A stretch of DNA of 63,823 nucleotides, counting the filler, from Octopus bimaculoides (Eukaryota): NCBI RefSeq assembly GCF_001194135.2. It is 6 parts of 6 records of this genome, joined end to end, with 100 filler letters (N's around TTAATTAATTAA, not from the genome) between each part and the next. Parts side by side here need not be neighbours in the genome. Positions count along the whole stretch, not along the records: positions 62,727 to 63,823 come from NW_026343020.1; 5 more parts are not named here. One strand, written 5' to 3'. Both the position numbers and the translations under genes were made by a program. The notes under the pieces were generated by a model. The model saw nothing but the letters and a program-made list of their open reading frames with translations. It searched no databases and was not told the DNA's origin. This document shows, piece by piece, positions 63,373 through 63,823 of this stretch (position 1 is its first letter; each line of letters begins with the position of its first letter).

Positions 63373-63590
63373 GGGTGGCGAGCTAGCAGAATCATTAGCA
63401 CACTAGGTGAAATGCTTTTCAGTATTTCGTCTTCCGCTACATTCTGAGTTAAAATTCCGTCGAGGTCGACTTTACCTTTCATCCCTTTGGAGGGTAATGA
63501 AATAAGTACCAGTTACACACTGGTGTCAATATAATCGACTTGCTCCCTTCTCCAAAACTTTTCAAGGCCTTGTGCCTAGAGTAGAAATAA
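63373..63590 (+). mobile_element. tRNA-derived SINE family A
   Basis: GGTGGCGAGCTAGCAGAA head, GTCGACTTTACCTTTCATCCCTTT core, (AAT)n tail. Confidence 0.8.
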
Positions 63591-63823
63591 TAATAATAAT
63601 TATTATTATTATTATTATCATCTTGGTTGGATTTATATTCAAATCATGTGTTGTATTAATGTATTGTACATGGATTCATTCTTAATTTTGTTGTTTCTTT
63701 ATAGGTGTTTGTTGTTTTTGTTTTTCTTTTTTGTAAGATGTTTCTTTATAGAAAAGTTTTTCTCAACATTGGTTTCTCCATGAATCACAGATGAAAATAT
63801 TGCATATGTGTGTGGGGGGGGGG

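Overview
AT-rich, microsatellite-dense animal genomic DNA with many N-gaps. The SINE/LINE repertoire suggests a coleoid cephalopod, probably Octopus (inference). Two host genes are supported. The first is the 5' three coding exons of a NUSAP1-like mitotic spindle gene (+, 9650-15925), with a promoter resembling the G2/M CHR/NF-Y/Myb/Forkhead type. The second is a single-coding-exon NPY/NPF-receptor-like class A GPCR (+, 53393-54427). The rest is mostly transposon debris: several tRNA-derived SINE families, RLE (R4/Dong-like), Tx1/L1-like, CR1/L2 and RTE LINE fragments, a Helitron 3' end, Tc1/mariner fragments and MITEs. The most notable observation concerns two copies of a Penelope-like element. 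In both, the 3' terminal region carries a tRNA-Arg-like Pol III cassette, an (AAT)n spacer and a minimal hammerhead ribozyme. A second hammerhead-like family with a shared core substitution and a cryptic short-intron gene fragment with a PD-(D/E)xK-like motif were also seen. Repeat coordinates are approximate (tens of bp); exon and motif coordinates were counted by hand. No database searches were run.
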